DNA of 64,000 nucleotides, taken from Tortispora ganteri (Eukaryota). A model generated the notes under the pieces. The model searched no databases. It had not been told where the DNA came from and saw only the letters and a list, made by a program, of their open reading frames with translations. Made by a program: the position numbers and the translations under genes. Positions 1 through 12,873 of this stretch are shown here, one piece after another. Positions within the stretch are counted from its first letter, which is position 1. Each line of letters starts with the position of its first letter. The stretch lies in contig PPNB01000022.1 in the NCBI GenBank assembly GCA_003707115.1, forward strand, positions 1-64,000, read 5' to 3'.

Positions 1-414
1 AAAGATATTCTTAAATTATGCGACGAAATGCGAGACATTACATTGCCAAAAATAGGCGTTAGTTTGGACGACAGAAAAGACGCAGCTGCATTGATCAAAT
101 TCCTTTCAGAAGAAGAGATTGCTGAACTTGTTAAACAACGCGAAGAAAAAGTTAAGGTTGAAGCAGAAAAAGCGCAAAAGAAAGAAGCTGCTAGGCTTAA
201 GGCGCAGAAGCTCCTTGACGAAAAGAAAGAGAAAGCCAAAACCAAACCGGAAGACATGTTCAAATCCGAAGAGTTCTCTCAATGGGATGAGAAGGGTATT
301 CCTACGCACAACAAAGATGGGGAAGAAATCTCGAAGTCGCAGCGTAAAAAGTTGGTTAAGCAATGGGAAATACAATCGCAATTGCATAATGAGTTCTACA
401 ACAAACCGGAGTAA
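1..414 (+). CDS. CRS1: Cysteinyl-tRNA synthetase, C-terminal part (5' end outside window)
   Basis: Frame is open from base 1 (KDILKLCDEMRDITLPKIGVSLDDR...). It ends with the eukaryotic CysRS tail 'FSQWDEKGIPTHNKDGEEISKSQRKKLVKQW'. Confidence 0.88.
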   Translation, partial: KDILKLCDEMRDITLPKIGVSLDDRKDAAALIKFLSEEEIAELVKQREEKVKVEAEKAQKKEAARLKAQKLLDEKKEKAKTKPEDMFKSEEFSQWDEKGIPTHNKDGEEISKSQRKKLVKQWEIQSQLHNEFYNKPE

Positions 415-544
415 TAATGCTAGTGAAATTACGTTTTAATGAAGACGCTTGTGTTTTATATGTAAAGAAAAGATAAATAAAATAACAACAATCATCGGAA
501 ATCATATACTTAAGGGAGCGTAACACTTTTATATCTCTAATATA

Positions 545-3163
<2,619 letters not shown>

Positions 3164-3869
3164 TTATGGGGAAATCGAAGGGGAAAAAAGCTTATATGGG
3201 GGTTTGTTAAAAAGAAACCTTAAAAGCCTTTTTAAGGTAGGTGCTAGTGCGAGAAAAAATTTAATCGATCTATGAGTGTTGGTGTTAGTATTTAGGGAAG
3301 GGGATGCTATTAGTGAGCAGTCAAAATGTCACGAGAATCAGAGATCTTGGTGGAAAAAGTGTCTTCAACAAATATTAAGAATTAAATAGCAGATTTGGTT
3401 TATCATCAGCAAAGACAATTGACTGTCTGGGGGTTGCATTGACTTACTTGTGGGAGGAGAAAGGGCTAAGGGCGATATGTTAGTTACTAGTCACAAATAC
3501 AATGCTCACGTTTCAGAGTAAAAGTTGGTCCCATGCAAATTGCAGTCCATAAATAAGACCAGGCGTGATCTTGGACAATTACAACTAGTAGATCGCAAAT
3601 TATATCATCATAACGACAAGCAAAAGACGTTAACTTACTTGAACTGTGATGAATGTAAGGAGAGGGAGGGCAAGGTTAGGGACAACAGGGCTCAGGATTG
3701 GGAGATTGGTATTGGTAAGTAACCCTACAAATTTATGCATAGTAACAACAGTCACGAACAATGTCCCAACCTATCGGTCCCACACATACGCACAAACATC
3801 CAATCCAATCTTATAGGTAACTTCACCAGTACCATATTTCATATACTAATCTCCCCTTAAAACACAACA

Positions 3870-4271
3870 ATGTCAGAGATTACCTCACCAAACTGGAAGC
3901 TTGTCGAGATCGGTCGTGTTATCTTCATTGAGCGTGGCGCTTATGCCGGCAAGTTAGCCGTAATCGTCGATATCATCGACCACAAGCGTGTGCTCATCGA
4001 TGGTCCTACCACCGGTGTTTTACGCTCCTCTCTCAACCTCCGTTACGCAGTCCTCACTCCTTTTGTCGTTGAGAAATTGCCCAAGAGTGCTGGATCCCCC
4101 ACTGTCGCCAAGTACTACAAGCTTAGCGATATAGAGTCTAAGTGGGCTGCTTCTCCTATGGCCAAGAAGCTCGCTTCTCGTGCTACTCGCAGCAAACTCA
4201 ACGATTTCGACCGCTTCAAAGTGTCTCTTCTTAAGAAGCAGCGACGTTCTGCTGTTCAGAAAGCTATTTAA
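3870..4271 (+). CDS. RPL14: 60S ribosomal protein L14 (eL14)
   Basis: 'NWKLVEIGRV...GKLAVIVDIIDHKRVLIDGP' and 'LNDFDRFKV'. Complete in one ORF, with strong ATG context (acaacaATG). Confidence 0.96.
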   Translation: MSEITSPNWKLVEIGRVIFIERGAYAGKLAVIVDIIDHKRVLIDGPTTGVLRSSLNLRYAVLTPFVVEKLPKSAGSPTVAKYYKLSDIESKWAASPMAKKLASRATRSKLNDFDRFKVSLLKKQRRSAVQKAI

Positions 4272-4407
4272 ACAGCTCATAGAGATCTGTTCACAGCTGT
4301 CTGATACCTCCCTTCTTTGTCATGCATACTTCTTCATGACTTCATGCCTCCTGGTTTACGATGTAACAACAATCAAATCAAATTAAATCAACTTATTACG
4401 CTTTCTC

Positions 4408-5829
4408 TTACAGTAGTTGATTTGCCAGATCCTGGTTCATTCCCACCCTAATTTCTCCCCAGGAGCCCTGTTCCATTATAACTAGTCCTCTTTGTGTAAG
4501 CTGGAGAGCTATTTCAAACACTTTAGCAACGTTCTCCCTTATACCCACACCTTCCATAACTTCTGCGAGCGCTACAGGCTCTGTAAACTCGTCTAGCACA
4601 TTATGACTCGTTAACCTCGCAATCTCCGCCGTACGCTTAGCAAATCCAATAACTAACGGATAACGCTTTTGCATATCAACCAACACTTGTATACCTTCAT
4701 CCGTGTCTCGTTTCCCATCGTCTGACCGCATAGAAATACTGCCGCCACCGTAGTCAGATCCGGGACTGCGAGGCGATAAATATGGCATAGAAATTCGTGA
4801 AGACTCCCGCGAAGCTCTCAGTGTCTCTTCGCTGATATTCCACGCTGCTATTGATGACCGGTCAAACGAATCACCCCCAGCCCTGTTCCTGCCGTGTTCA
4901 ATTTCGCCTACTCCAACTTCCTTTTCTTTTTCTGTACTTTCTAGAGGTACTGTCAGTTTTTTTAATGCAGTTTCTGTAAGACGATGCAGTACTGTGCTCT
5001 TTTCCTGAAACGAGTTCGCAGGCACACGAACGGCAGAATTACTCAACGACATGAGCTCATAGCCCTTGAGCTGGTTCCTTTGTAACTCTGGCTTAGCGTC
5101 AATCTTGAGTATACGGTACGCTGGTGGCTCGCGTGTTGAGCGAATATTTGTAGATTTTGATTCATCGTGTTCAGCAACTTTAGTTTCTATAGTCGTATCG
5201 AATGAAACATCATACTCAAACGGGTACTCCACAGGACTTGACGCTAATGGTAGCGGCGAATGCGATTCAGACCTATCAATATCGTTAGGTATTACTATAC
5301 CTGTTTCAGGTACTTCGAGATCCAATGGGTCGGTGAACGCATGTTCATCGTCGCTCAGCAGCGGAATAGCGTCCATTTGGTCGTACTCATTCTCCAGCTG
5401 CCATTTATAGTCGAAATTGTCCCACATACTAGACACTTCAGATCCAGAAATTTGTGAGGATGGAGTATTTGTTCTGTACTGTGGCTTTTGCATAAGAATA
5501 TCGCCTGTCGGTACCTTGACCGGCAGCATCATTGATTTTGCTCTCTTTTTGGCGCGTTTGGCTTCTTCTTCAAACGTTTTTGGCTTGAACTGGCTTGCCG
5601 CTCGCTGGTCTACATACATTTGTTTATGAAGCATGGCGATATCTTTTTCGAGTTTTAGAGCTCTCATGCAGTGTATTTGAACGCATGCGTACCACACCAT
5701 TGCGACGACCCGCAGCTCATCTGCGTCTGCAAGGTACGCACACAGTTCTTCCAAGACATAATGCCTAGTGGTTTTAGGAGTCAAAGATCGGCTGTGTAGT
5801 AGCTGTAAAAGTCTGGGTAAGTCAAACAT
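4408..5829 (-). CDS. Divergent Rad21/Rec8-family kleisin (cohesin subunit), most likely meiotic Rec8
   Basis: N-terminal helix 'LRVVAMVWYACVQIHCMRALKLEKD' resembles the kleisin 'LRLS..LLYGVVRIY..K...L..D'. C-terminal 'RENVAKVFEIALQLTQRGLVIMEQGSWGEIRV' resembles the Rad21/Rec8 winged helix. Separase-type ExxR sites EIEHGR and SEETLR. Confidence 0.68.
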   Translation of the reverse strand: MFDLPRLLQLLHSRSLTPKTTRHYVLEELCAYLADADELRVVAMVWYACVQIHCMRALKLEKDIAMLHKQMYVDQRAASQFKPKTFEEEAKRAKKRAKSMMLPVKVPTGDILMQKPQYRTNTPSSQISGSEVSSMWDNFDYKWQLENEYDQMDAIPLLSDDEHAFTDPLDLEVPETGIVIPNDIDRSESHSPLPLASSPVEYPFEYDVSFDTTIETKVAEHDESKSTNIRSTREPPAYRILKIDAKPELQRNQLKGYELMSLSNSAVRVPANSFQEKSTVLHRLTETALKKLTVPLESTEKEKEVGVGEIEHGRNRAGGDSFDRSSIAAWNISEETLRASRESSRISMPYLSPRSPGSDYGGGSISMRSDDGKRDTDEGIQVLVDMQKRYPLVIGFAKRTAEIARLTSHNVLDEFTEPVALAEVMEGVGIRENVAKVFEIALQLTQRGLVIMEQGSWGEIRVGMNQDLANQLL

Positions 5830-6043
5830 GACGATATAATGTAAGTATAGAAATAACTAGTCAAACTAATTAATATCCTGGATAGTATAATACCGTTGTA
5901 ACTGTATATACGTATTAAGTTTAGCTCTAGCCAATCATAATATGTAATAGTTTGCACCCCCCTTTGGGAGCGTTTGTTTACTTTTTGTCATTCGATATAT
6001 TGATAATCTTTGATTGACGTATTTTGCTGACAGTGTACTAATT

Positions 6044-7633
6044 ATGGCATATGATCGTGGGGATATAGGCAATTTGGCTTCGCAGCTGCATTCCATGCGA
6101 ATGGGCCAAGATTCTGACGATATCACAACTGCGATATCTGAAAACAAAGAGAACGGCACAGCTGTGCAGCACAACTCTAGAAGATTCACGGTGGAGGAGA
6201 TGCAAAAATTGCAAGACCCTAAAGTAAACAGAATTGCGAGCGTTACTCAACTGTTTTTTCTGGACTATTATTTTGATCTCATGACCTATGTTGGCAAACG
6301 ACAAAAGCGCACTAAAGACATCAAGAGTAAACTCGAAGGAATGAATGACCTTGAACAGCAAATACAATGGCGATCATACGCCGGCAAAGAGCGGGCTTTG
6401 CTGCGCAAGCGTCGTTTAAGGCTCAAATTTGGCGATTTCCAAGTACTTACCCAGGTCGGTCAAGGCGGCTACGGACAAGTGTACTTAGCCAGGAAGAGCG
6501 ATACTAAGGAAGTGTGCGCCCTGAAGGTCATGAATAAGAGACTATTGCACAAGCTAGACGAAATTAATCATGTTCTCACTGAACGTGATGTTTTAACGCA
6601 GAGCAACTCTCCTTGGCTTGTCAATCTCTTATATGCGTTTCAAGACCCCTCTAGTATATACCTTGCTATGGAGTACGTACCTGGTGGTGATTTCCGCACC
6701 TTGCTGAACAATACAGGTATTTTACACCCACAACATGCGCGCTTTTACATTTCAGAAATGTTCATGGCCGTAGAAGCTCTGCACAGTCTTGGGTACATTC
6801 ATCGAGACTTAAAGCCGGAAAATTTCCTGATCGATGCTGGCGGACACATTAAGCTTACAGATTTTGGATTGTCCGCCGGTAAACTTAGCTCTGAGCGGGT
6901 AGAAAGTATGCGCTGTAAACTGGATGCGGTTAAGGATATCAATCAGTACACTTCATACAGGTCTAATCAGGCTACCCGTCAGAGTATTTACAGATCGTTG
7001 CGGAAGAATGAAGGCATGCGCCTTGCCAACTCTATAGTAGGATCGCCAGATTATATGGCACTTGAAGTGCTTGAAGGCAAGAAGTATAACTTTACAATTG
7101 ATTACTGGTCTTTGGGGTGCATGTTGTTTGAAGGACTGGCTGGATACCCGCCTTTCTCTGGTGCGTCTGTCAACGAGACGTATGCCAACTTACGAAGATG
7201 GCGACACGTCTTGCGTCCGCCAGTATCGCAGTCGGGTCAATGCTGTATGTCGGCCCGGACTTGGGAACTTATTACACATCTAATTGCTTACCCCCATGAG
7301 CGGCCACGTTCGTTCAAGGAGATCCAGAAATTCAGCTACTTTTCTGAAGTTGACTGGGACAAGCTTCGTGAGACCAACCCACCGTTTGTTCCCCAATTGG
7401 ATTCAGACACAGATGCAGGATACTTTGACGACTTCTCTAATGAGGCTGATATGGCAAAGTACAAAGAGGTTCAGGAAAAGCAGCAGCAAGTTGAAAGGCT
7501 TGCAGACAAGGCTGAGCCTATAGGCCGAACGGCATTCGTTGGATTTACGTTCCGCCGTCACAAGACCCCACTGCTGGACAAAGACGAAAAGAACGAAACC
7601 ATAGAGAAAGACGCATTTTCTACGTTTTTTTGA
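6044..7633 (+). CDS. DBF2: NDR-family Ser/Thr kinase Dbf2/Sid2 (mitotic exit network)
   Basis: 'FFLDYYFDLMTYV', 'QVGQGGYGQVYLARK', 'HRDLKPENFL', 'ANSIVGSPDYMALEVL', hydrophobic motif 'FVGFTFR'. First ATG is at 6044. Confidence 0.94.
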   Translation: MAYDRGDIGNLASQLHSMRMGQDSDDITTAISENKENGTAVQHNSRRFTVEEMQKLQDPKVNRIASVTQLFFLDYYFDLMTYVGKRQKRTKDIKSKLEGMNDLEQQIQWRSYAGKERALLRKRRLRLKFGDFQVLTQVGQGGYGQVYLARKSDTKEVCALKVMNKRLLHKLDEINHVLTERDVLTQSNSPWLVNLLYAFQDPSSIYLAMEYVPGGDFRTLLNNTGILHPQHARFYISEMFMAVEALHSLGYIHRDLKPENFLIDAGGHIKLTDFGLSAGKLSSERVESMRCKLDAVKDINQYTSYRSNQATRQSIYRSLRKNEGMRLANSIVGSPDYMALEVLEGKKYNFTIDYWSLGCMLFEGLAGYPPFSGASVNETYANLRRWRHVLRPPVSQSGQCCMSARTWELITHLIAYPHERPRSFKEIQKFSYFSEVDWDKLRETNPPFVPQLDSDTDAGYFDDFSNEADMAKYKEVQEKQQQVERLADKAEPIGRTAFVGFTFRRHKTPLLDKDEKNETIEKDAFSTFF

Positions 7634-7940
7634 AATAAATATACGTGCATGAAGGAGTAATGTGTTTTTTTCAATATTAATAAATTGAGAATAATACGAA
7701 ATTGCCTCGGATAGAGAAGCAGTTACGGGATCGACCCTTGTATTTAGAGTTTTTTGGTGGGCTTAGAAGCATATTTGGGAGAATTTAAATGGCACATGCG
7801 AACCTTTCCTTTGCTTAACACTTGCATTTTACTAGACGTTTTGCCTCTTTGAAAATAAGTGCTTATAAGGTAGTAAAGAGCTGAGTACTGAAAACAAGTG
7901 ATTTTTTGACATTTAAGTGAAACTAATAAATCCCTAGAAT

Positions 7941-8273
7941 ATGGCATCAGCACAACCGTACGACCCGTATATTCCTGAAGAAAATGACGAGGCCAGCAAC
8001 AACAAGACTGCTGCTATCCAAGCACAGATTGACGATACCGTTGGCATAATGCGGGATAATATAAACAGGGTGGCTGAGAGAGGTGAAAGGCTAGACTCTT
8101 TGCAAGATAAGACGGACAATTTAGCGGTTTCTGCGCAAGGGTTTCGCCGTGGTGCCAATAAAGTGCGTAAACAAATGTGGTGGAAAGACATGAAAATGAG
8201 GATTTGTCTAATTGGCGGAATCATTATTTTAATTGTTGTTATTGTTGTTCCTATTGTTGTTCATTTTACGTGA
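7941..8273 (+). CDS. SNC1: Synaptobrevin/VAMP v-SNARE
   Basis: '[36 protein letters not shown]...[12 protein letters not shown]' plus a C-terminal TM helix (SNC1/SNC2 family). Confidence 0.95.
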   Translation: MASAQPYDPYIPEENDEASNNKTAAIQAQIDDTVGIMRDNINRVAERGERLDSLQDKTDNLAVSAQGFRRGANKVRKQMWWKDMKMRICLIGGIIILIVVIVVPIVVHFT

Positions 8274-8385
8274 AGGATGTAATGTTAATATGTTTTTATA
8301 CGTTTTTTAATTGAGAGCGGCTGGCGATCTACAGTGTTTGTAGTTGGAGGACATGGTAGTGTATTCTTTTTCTTTTTCCAGGCTC

Positions 8386-9753
8386 TTACTTGGTAAGCTC
8401 AATGATCTTCTCCATGGACAAGGACTTGGGGCGCTCAATGGGCAGACCGAGGATACGGTCCCATATGAGCTGAGGAAGAGGTCCGAGCGAGCGAGAGACA
8501 CCGAAGGTAACAGTGTAGTAGAGAGTCTCGGTCATTCCGTAGTGGTGGAAGAGTACGCCGGAGGAGGAGTCGACGTTCGGGTGCGGGTTAGCGGTCTTGC
8601 CGTGTTTGGTGAGGACGCCAGGGGCGATGGTGGAGTTCTGCTTGACGAGCTTGAAGACCGGGTCGTTGAGGATAGCCGGGTGTTGGTCGGCGAAACCCAT
8701 CAGAGCCTCGAAACGGGGATCGGGCTTGCGAAGAACAGCGTGACCGTAGCCAGGGATGACACGTCCGGAGTTCAAGGTGTCCCAGAGAAATTCTTCGACC
8801 TTAGCGTCCGAGGGGTCGTTGCCAACTTTGCTCTGCATGTCGAGGATGAAGCGCAAAACCTCCTGGGCAGCGAGACCGTGGAGCGGACCAGCGAGACCCT
8901 GAAGACCGGCAGAGTAAGAGAGGTACGGGTCAGACAAGGCTGAGCCTACCAAATGGGTAGTGTGAGCAGAAACGTTACCACCCTCGTGGTCTCCGTGGAG
9001 GGCGAAGTACAAGCGAAGAAGATCGACAAAACCAGACTCGTTCTCCTTGCCAACCATGCGGGCGTAGTTGAATGACCAATCGCGGCTGAGGTCGATGTCC
9101 TGCTTGACGGGTCCGCCGCCCTGATAGGTGTTAATATAAATCTTAGCGGCAATTTTAGGCAGCTTAGCGATAAGATCAATGCAGTCATCGAAAGTGGGTT
9201 CCCAGTAATCGGCTTTGGGGATACCGCGCTCGTATGCCTTGGCGAACTTGGAGTCATGGTTAAGGGCAGAGACAGCAATCGCAAACTGGGTCATAGGATG
9301 AAGCGTTTTAGGGAGCGAGTCGAGGAGTTTCTCAACAAACTCAGGTAGTTGGCCCTTTTGGGCGAGTTCCGCAGAGAGTTCGCGAACCTGCTGCTCAGAG
9401 GGGACCTTGCCGGTAAGTAAGAGCCAGAGCATGGACTCGGGGAGCATCTCGCCGCCTTCGGGTGCTTTAGGGAGCATACCTTGGCAATCCTTGATGGAGT
9501 AGCCGTGGAAGCGGATACCCTCGTTAGGGTCGAGGACGGAGCCTTCCCATAGCATAGCCTTGAGGCCGCGCATACCGCCGATAAGGTTGGCGACGGTGTA
9601 CTCTCCGAGGCTCTTGGAGGCATAATCTTTCTTAATTTTCTGGAAGAGCTCGCGTTTTTCGGGGATGACTTCGCGGAGCGCGGACTTTAAGTCGTTGGAC
9701 GCATAGCGAACACCTCTAGCGATGTGAGATTGACGGATAATGGGTCTGTACAT
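8386..9753 (-). CDS. Mitochondrial citrate-synthase-family enzyme, 2-methylcitrate synthase (McsA/Cit3) type
   Basis: Catalytic motifs 'DHEGGNVSAH', 'GYGHAVLRK', 'HPNVD'. 'HGLAAQEV', 'KADYWEPTFDD' and 'LYYTVTFGVSR' match my recollection of fungal methylcitrate synthases rather than Cit1 (HGLANQEV). Arg-rich presequence. Confidence 0.85.
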   Translation of the reverse strand: MYRPIIRQSHIARGVRYASNDLKSALREVIPEKRELFQKIKKDYASKSLGEYTVANLIGGMRGLKAMLWEGSVLDPNEGIRFHGYSIKDCQGMLPKAPEGGEMLPESMLWLLLTGKVPSEQQVRELSAELAQKGQLPEFVEKLLDSLPKTLHPMTQFAIAVSALNHDSKFAKAYERGIPKADYWEPTFDDCIDLIAKLPKIAAKIYINTYQGGGPVKQDIDLSRDWSFNYARMVGKENESGFVDLLRLYFALHGDHEGGNVSAHTTHLVGSALSDPYLSYSAGLQGLAGPLHGLAAQEVLRFILDMQSKVGNDPSDAKVEEFLWDTLNSGRVIPGYGHAVLRKPDPRFEALMGFADQHPAILNDPVFKLVKQNSTIAPGVLTKHGKTANPHPNVDSSSGVLFHHYGMTETLYYTVTFGVSRSLGPLPQLIWDRILGLPIERPKSLSMEKIIELTK

Positions 9754-10985
9754 AATAAACGGAGTTTAATGATAGGTAAGGTAACCGAACAGTATCTGCT
9801 GTAAGTTTGATTGGCACTGATTGTTTGTGACAAACAAATAGGTTTTTTTAATTTTCTGGTCTTCGCGAAGGATTAGCAGAAAGTATCAAAGAGAAAAAGG
9901 GAGCGTAAATTAGAGTATCGTGTATATATATGTTCGGTTATTAGATGTCCTCGAGGCCAAGGAAATCTGGGGTAGGCTCGGCTACTATATCGGTCTCGGC
10001 ACTATTGGTCGGACTTTCGACGGCAGGGTAAACTTTGCAGTACATGTGTTATCGGCAAGTGAACCCTGGGCCTTTGCATTCTAAAAACCATACAGCCCGC
10101 TTTGAATTGCATGAAAAATGCGGGCAATTATCGTTCGATGGTCACTTGCTTGTCACAGTACGCGCTAAGGCATGCTTCGTGGTCGATCGCTGGGCCCACA
10201 CTGTTGATCGGTGAGCACGGCCTAGTGCGGCGCTCCCTAGTGGCTGCAAGCTGCAGGAAAAATTTACCATAGCAGTTTTGTTTGGTGTAAAAGCGACTAA
10301 AAAAATAGAGTTTTAGAGTTTCTATCTATGTCAGTTTGCAGTCCGTTAGGCCAGAGACGGTTAAGGGGATAAGGTGTGGGGTGTAACAGTTCTAAAATCT
10401 CGCTCTTAAAATATGTGAAAGCCCCGATATTGGTCTCTTTCCTGGGCTGTCACATTCTCTGCACAGGTATGCACAATTGCACATACACTATTACATTTCC
10501 TAATGAATAAATGTGACATTATTTAAGTTATGTGCGGCTCATCAAGATGCTTGCAGGTTCAGCGATGACCGTTTTGCTTCATTTTTTTCCCGAATTAGAG
10601 TTCGCTCCATTATGACAGCTTTGGGGTATTTTTCGCCTCGTCAAAGAAAAATTAAATTTTTCTTAAAGGAATTAGTACAGGGTAACTGCCTATTACGGTA
10701 ATCATATATCTAATAAAAAAAAATTGGCACAGTATACGTAATAATTACTAGTATATATTTAGTAGAAATCTTTCGCACTTTGAGTATCTGTCAGACATTT
10801 CTCATTTCTTTCTCGCTGCGGTCCCGTAGTCAGCGCTGCTATCGTTTTCGCTTCTATTCAATTGGACCAAATTTCATTTGTAACCCGACTTTTTCAGCCC
10901 AGTAAGTTACCCTACCTGCTACCACTACAATCGCAACAATCATATTTTTATCTACCCACTATCTAATCTTGCGCCGAAACTAGAC

Positions 10986-12701
10986 ATGTGCGGCATTGCT
11001 GGCATTCTATATGCTGACCCAAATGGGACTGTCGCTCCAGAGCTTCTAGATAGTCTGCTATACCTACAGCACCGTGGACAGGACGCAGCGGGTATGGTTA
11101 CTTGTGGCCCGCGAGGCAGGCTGTACCAGTGCAAGGGCAATGGCATGGCCCGTGATGTTTTTACGCCCTCCCGCGTCTCTGGGCTCAGCGGCAATATGGG
11201 TGTTGGCCATTTGCGCTACCCGACCGCTGGATCCTCAGCTAACTCAGAGGCGCAGCCCTTCTATGTCAACTCACCATACGGTATCGTTCTCGCACACAAC
11301 GGCAATCTTATTAATTCCCTCGATCTCATTCGCTACCTCGACCAGGAAGTCCATCGCCACATCAACACCGACTCCGACTCTGAGCTGCTTGTCAATGTCC
11401 TTGCTGCCGAAATGGACAAGTACAACAAATACAGAATTAATGCAGAGGATGTCCTTAACGCACTCGCCGGAGTCTTCGAGAAGTGCGTCGGTGGCTACGC
11501 TTGCGCCGGTATGATCGCTGGCTATGGTATTATTGGATTCCGCGACCCACATGGAGTCCGCCCAATTGTTCTTGGTGAACGCTCTTATCCGGATGGCACC
11601 AAAGACTATATGTTCGCATCTGAATCCGTCGTCTTGCAGGCGCTCGGTTTCACCAACTGGTACGATCTTAAACCTGGCGAGGCCGTCGTGATTCCGAAGG
11701 CTGACATGAATCCCATATCACGACAGGTTGCCACCCCAAAGTCTTACAGCCCGGATATTTTTGAATACGTATATTTTGCGCGGCCTGATTCCGTTATGGA
11801 TGGAATCTCCGTCTATAGAAGTCGTCTTGCTATGGGTGATAAACTCGCTGCCAACATCGTCGAGAAGTTTGGCGGGCTTGAAAATCTCAGAAAGGAAGTC
11901 GACGTTGTCATTCCTGTTCCTGATACCTCTCGGCATGCTGCACTGCATCTAGCCGTTCGCACGGGACTCAATTATCGTGAAGCCTTTGTAAAGAACAGAT
12001 ACGTCGGCCGCACCTTCATCATGCCTAACCAAAAGGAACGCCAATCTAGCGTGCGCAGGAAATTGAATGCCATGGAGGCCGAATTCCGTGGTCGTAATGT
12101 CCTCATCGTCGACGACTCTATTGTGCGCGGCACCACATCCAAGGAGATCGTGCACATGGCTCGCGAGGCTGGCGCGAAACGCGTATATTTCGCATCAGCC
12201 GCACCGCCTATTCGCTATAACCACATATACGGCATTGATCTTGCTAACACGCGCGAACTGGTTGGCTATAACAAGACGGAGGAGGAGATTTCCAACGCTA
12301 TACATGCCGATAGGGTATTTTACCAAACCCTCGACGACTTGATTGACGCCTGTCTGAGCTCGATTGATCCATCAAGTAAAGCTGCACAGAGTGTAGCCGA
12401 CTCAGCAAGTAACGGCAACAACATGAGCAAAATGGACTTCGAAGTGGGCGTGTTTAATGGAAACTACGTTACAGGCGTAGAACAAGAATACCTGGACCAT
12501 CTTGAGCAATTGCGTGCAGATAATGCCGCTATCAAGGCCCGGTCCAACGCTCTTATTGTGGCAGCTACTCCTCTAGCAAATGGTCATGACCGTGTCAGTA
12601 GCCCTAGTACTTCACCTGAACGGTACAAGCGATCTTCTGCGACTTATGGCGAGGCAAAAGCCGCGACCGATATCGGACTGTACAACCAGGCAGACTACTG
12701 A
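10986..12701 (+). CDS. ADE4: Amidophosphoribosyltransferase
   Basis: N-terminal 'MCGI', 'LQHRGQDAAG', 'HLRYPTAGS', 'FEYVYFARPDS', PRT motif 'VLIVDDSIVRGTTS'. Confidence 0.97.
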   Translation: MCGIAGILYADPNGTVAPELLDSLLYLQHRGQDAAGMVTCGPRGRLYQCKGNGMARDVFTPSRVSGLSGNMGVGHLRYPTAGSSANSEAQPFYVNSPYGIVLAHNGNLINSLDLIRYLDQEVHRHINTDSDSELLVNVLAAEMDKYNKYRINAEDVLNALAGVFEKCVGGYACAGMIAGYGIIGFRDPHGVRPIVLGERSYPDGTKDYMFASESVVLQALGFTNWYDLKPGEAVVIPKADMNPISRQVATPKSYSPDIFEYVYFARPDSVMDGISVYRSRLAMGDKLAANIVEKFGGLENLRKEVDVVIPVPDTSRHAALHLAVRTGLNYREAFVKNRYVGRTFIMPNQKERQSSVRRKLNAMEAEFRGRNVLIVDDSIVRGTTSKEIVHMAREAGAKRVYFASAAPPIRYNHIYGIDLANTRELVGYNKTEEEISNAIHADRVFYQTLDDLIDACLSSIDPSSKAAQSVADSASNGNNMSKMDFEVGVFNGNYVTGVEQEYLDHLEQLRADNAAIKARSNALIVAATPLANGHDRVSSPSTSPERYKRSSATYGEAKAATDIGLYNQADY

Positions 12702-12873
12702 TTTGTGCACATGTTCACGGTAACTGTTATGACCCCCCACACTAAAGATTACGCAACTCATAATAAATCTACACGAAATATAATGCTTATAAACGAGACG
12801 CTATAGATTCTGTTATATAAAATAAACTTTCTGCCATGTCAAGTGTCCCTTCTTCTTTAACTGTCACTTTTGT

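Noticed and set aside
3715..3876. Possible RPL14 intron (GTAAGT 3715, GTAACT 3817, TACTAAT 3844)
   Set aside because: No AG lies between the branch-like motif and the ATG, joins to later AGs are out of frame, and the single ORF is already full length.
8344..8943. 199-aa ORF antisense to the citrate-synthase-family gene
   Set aside because: Non-ATG start; explained by the sense gene's strong codon bias, which removes antisense stops.
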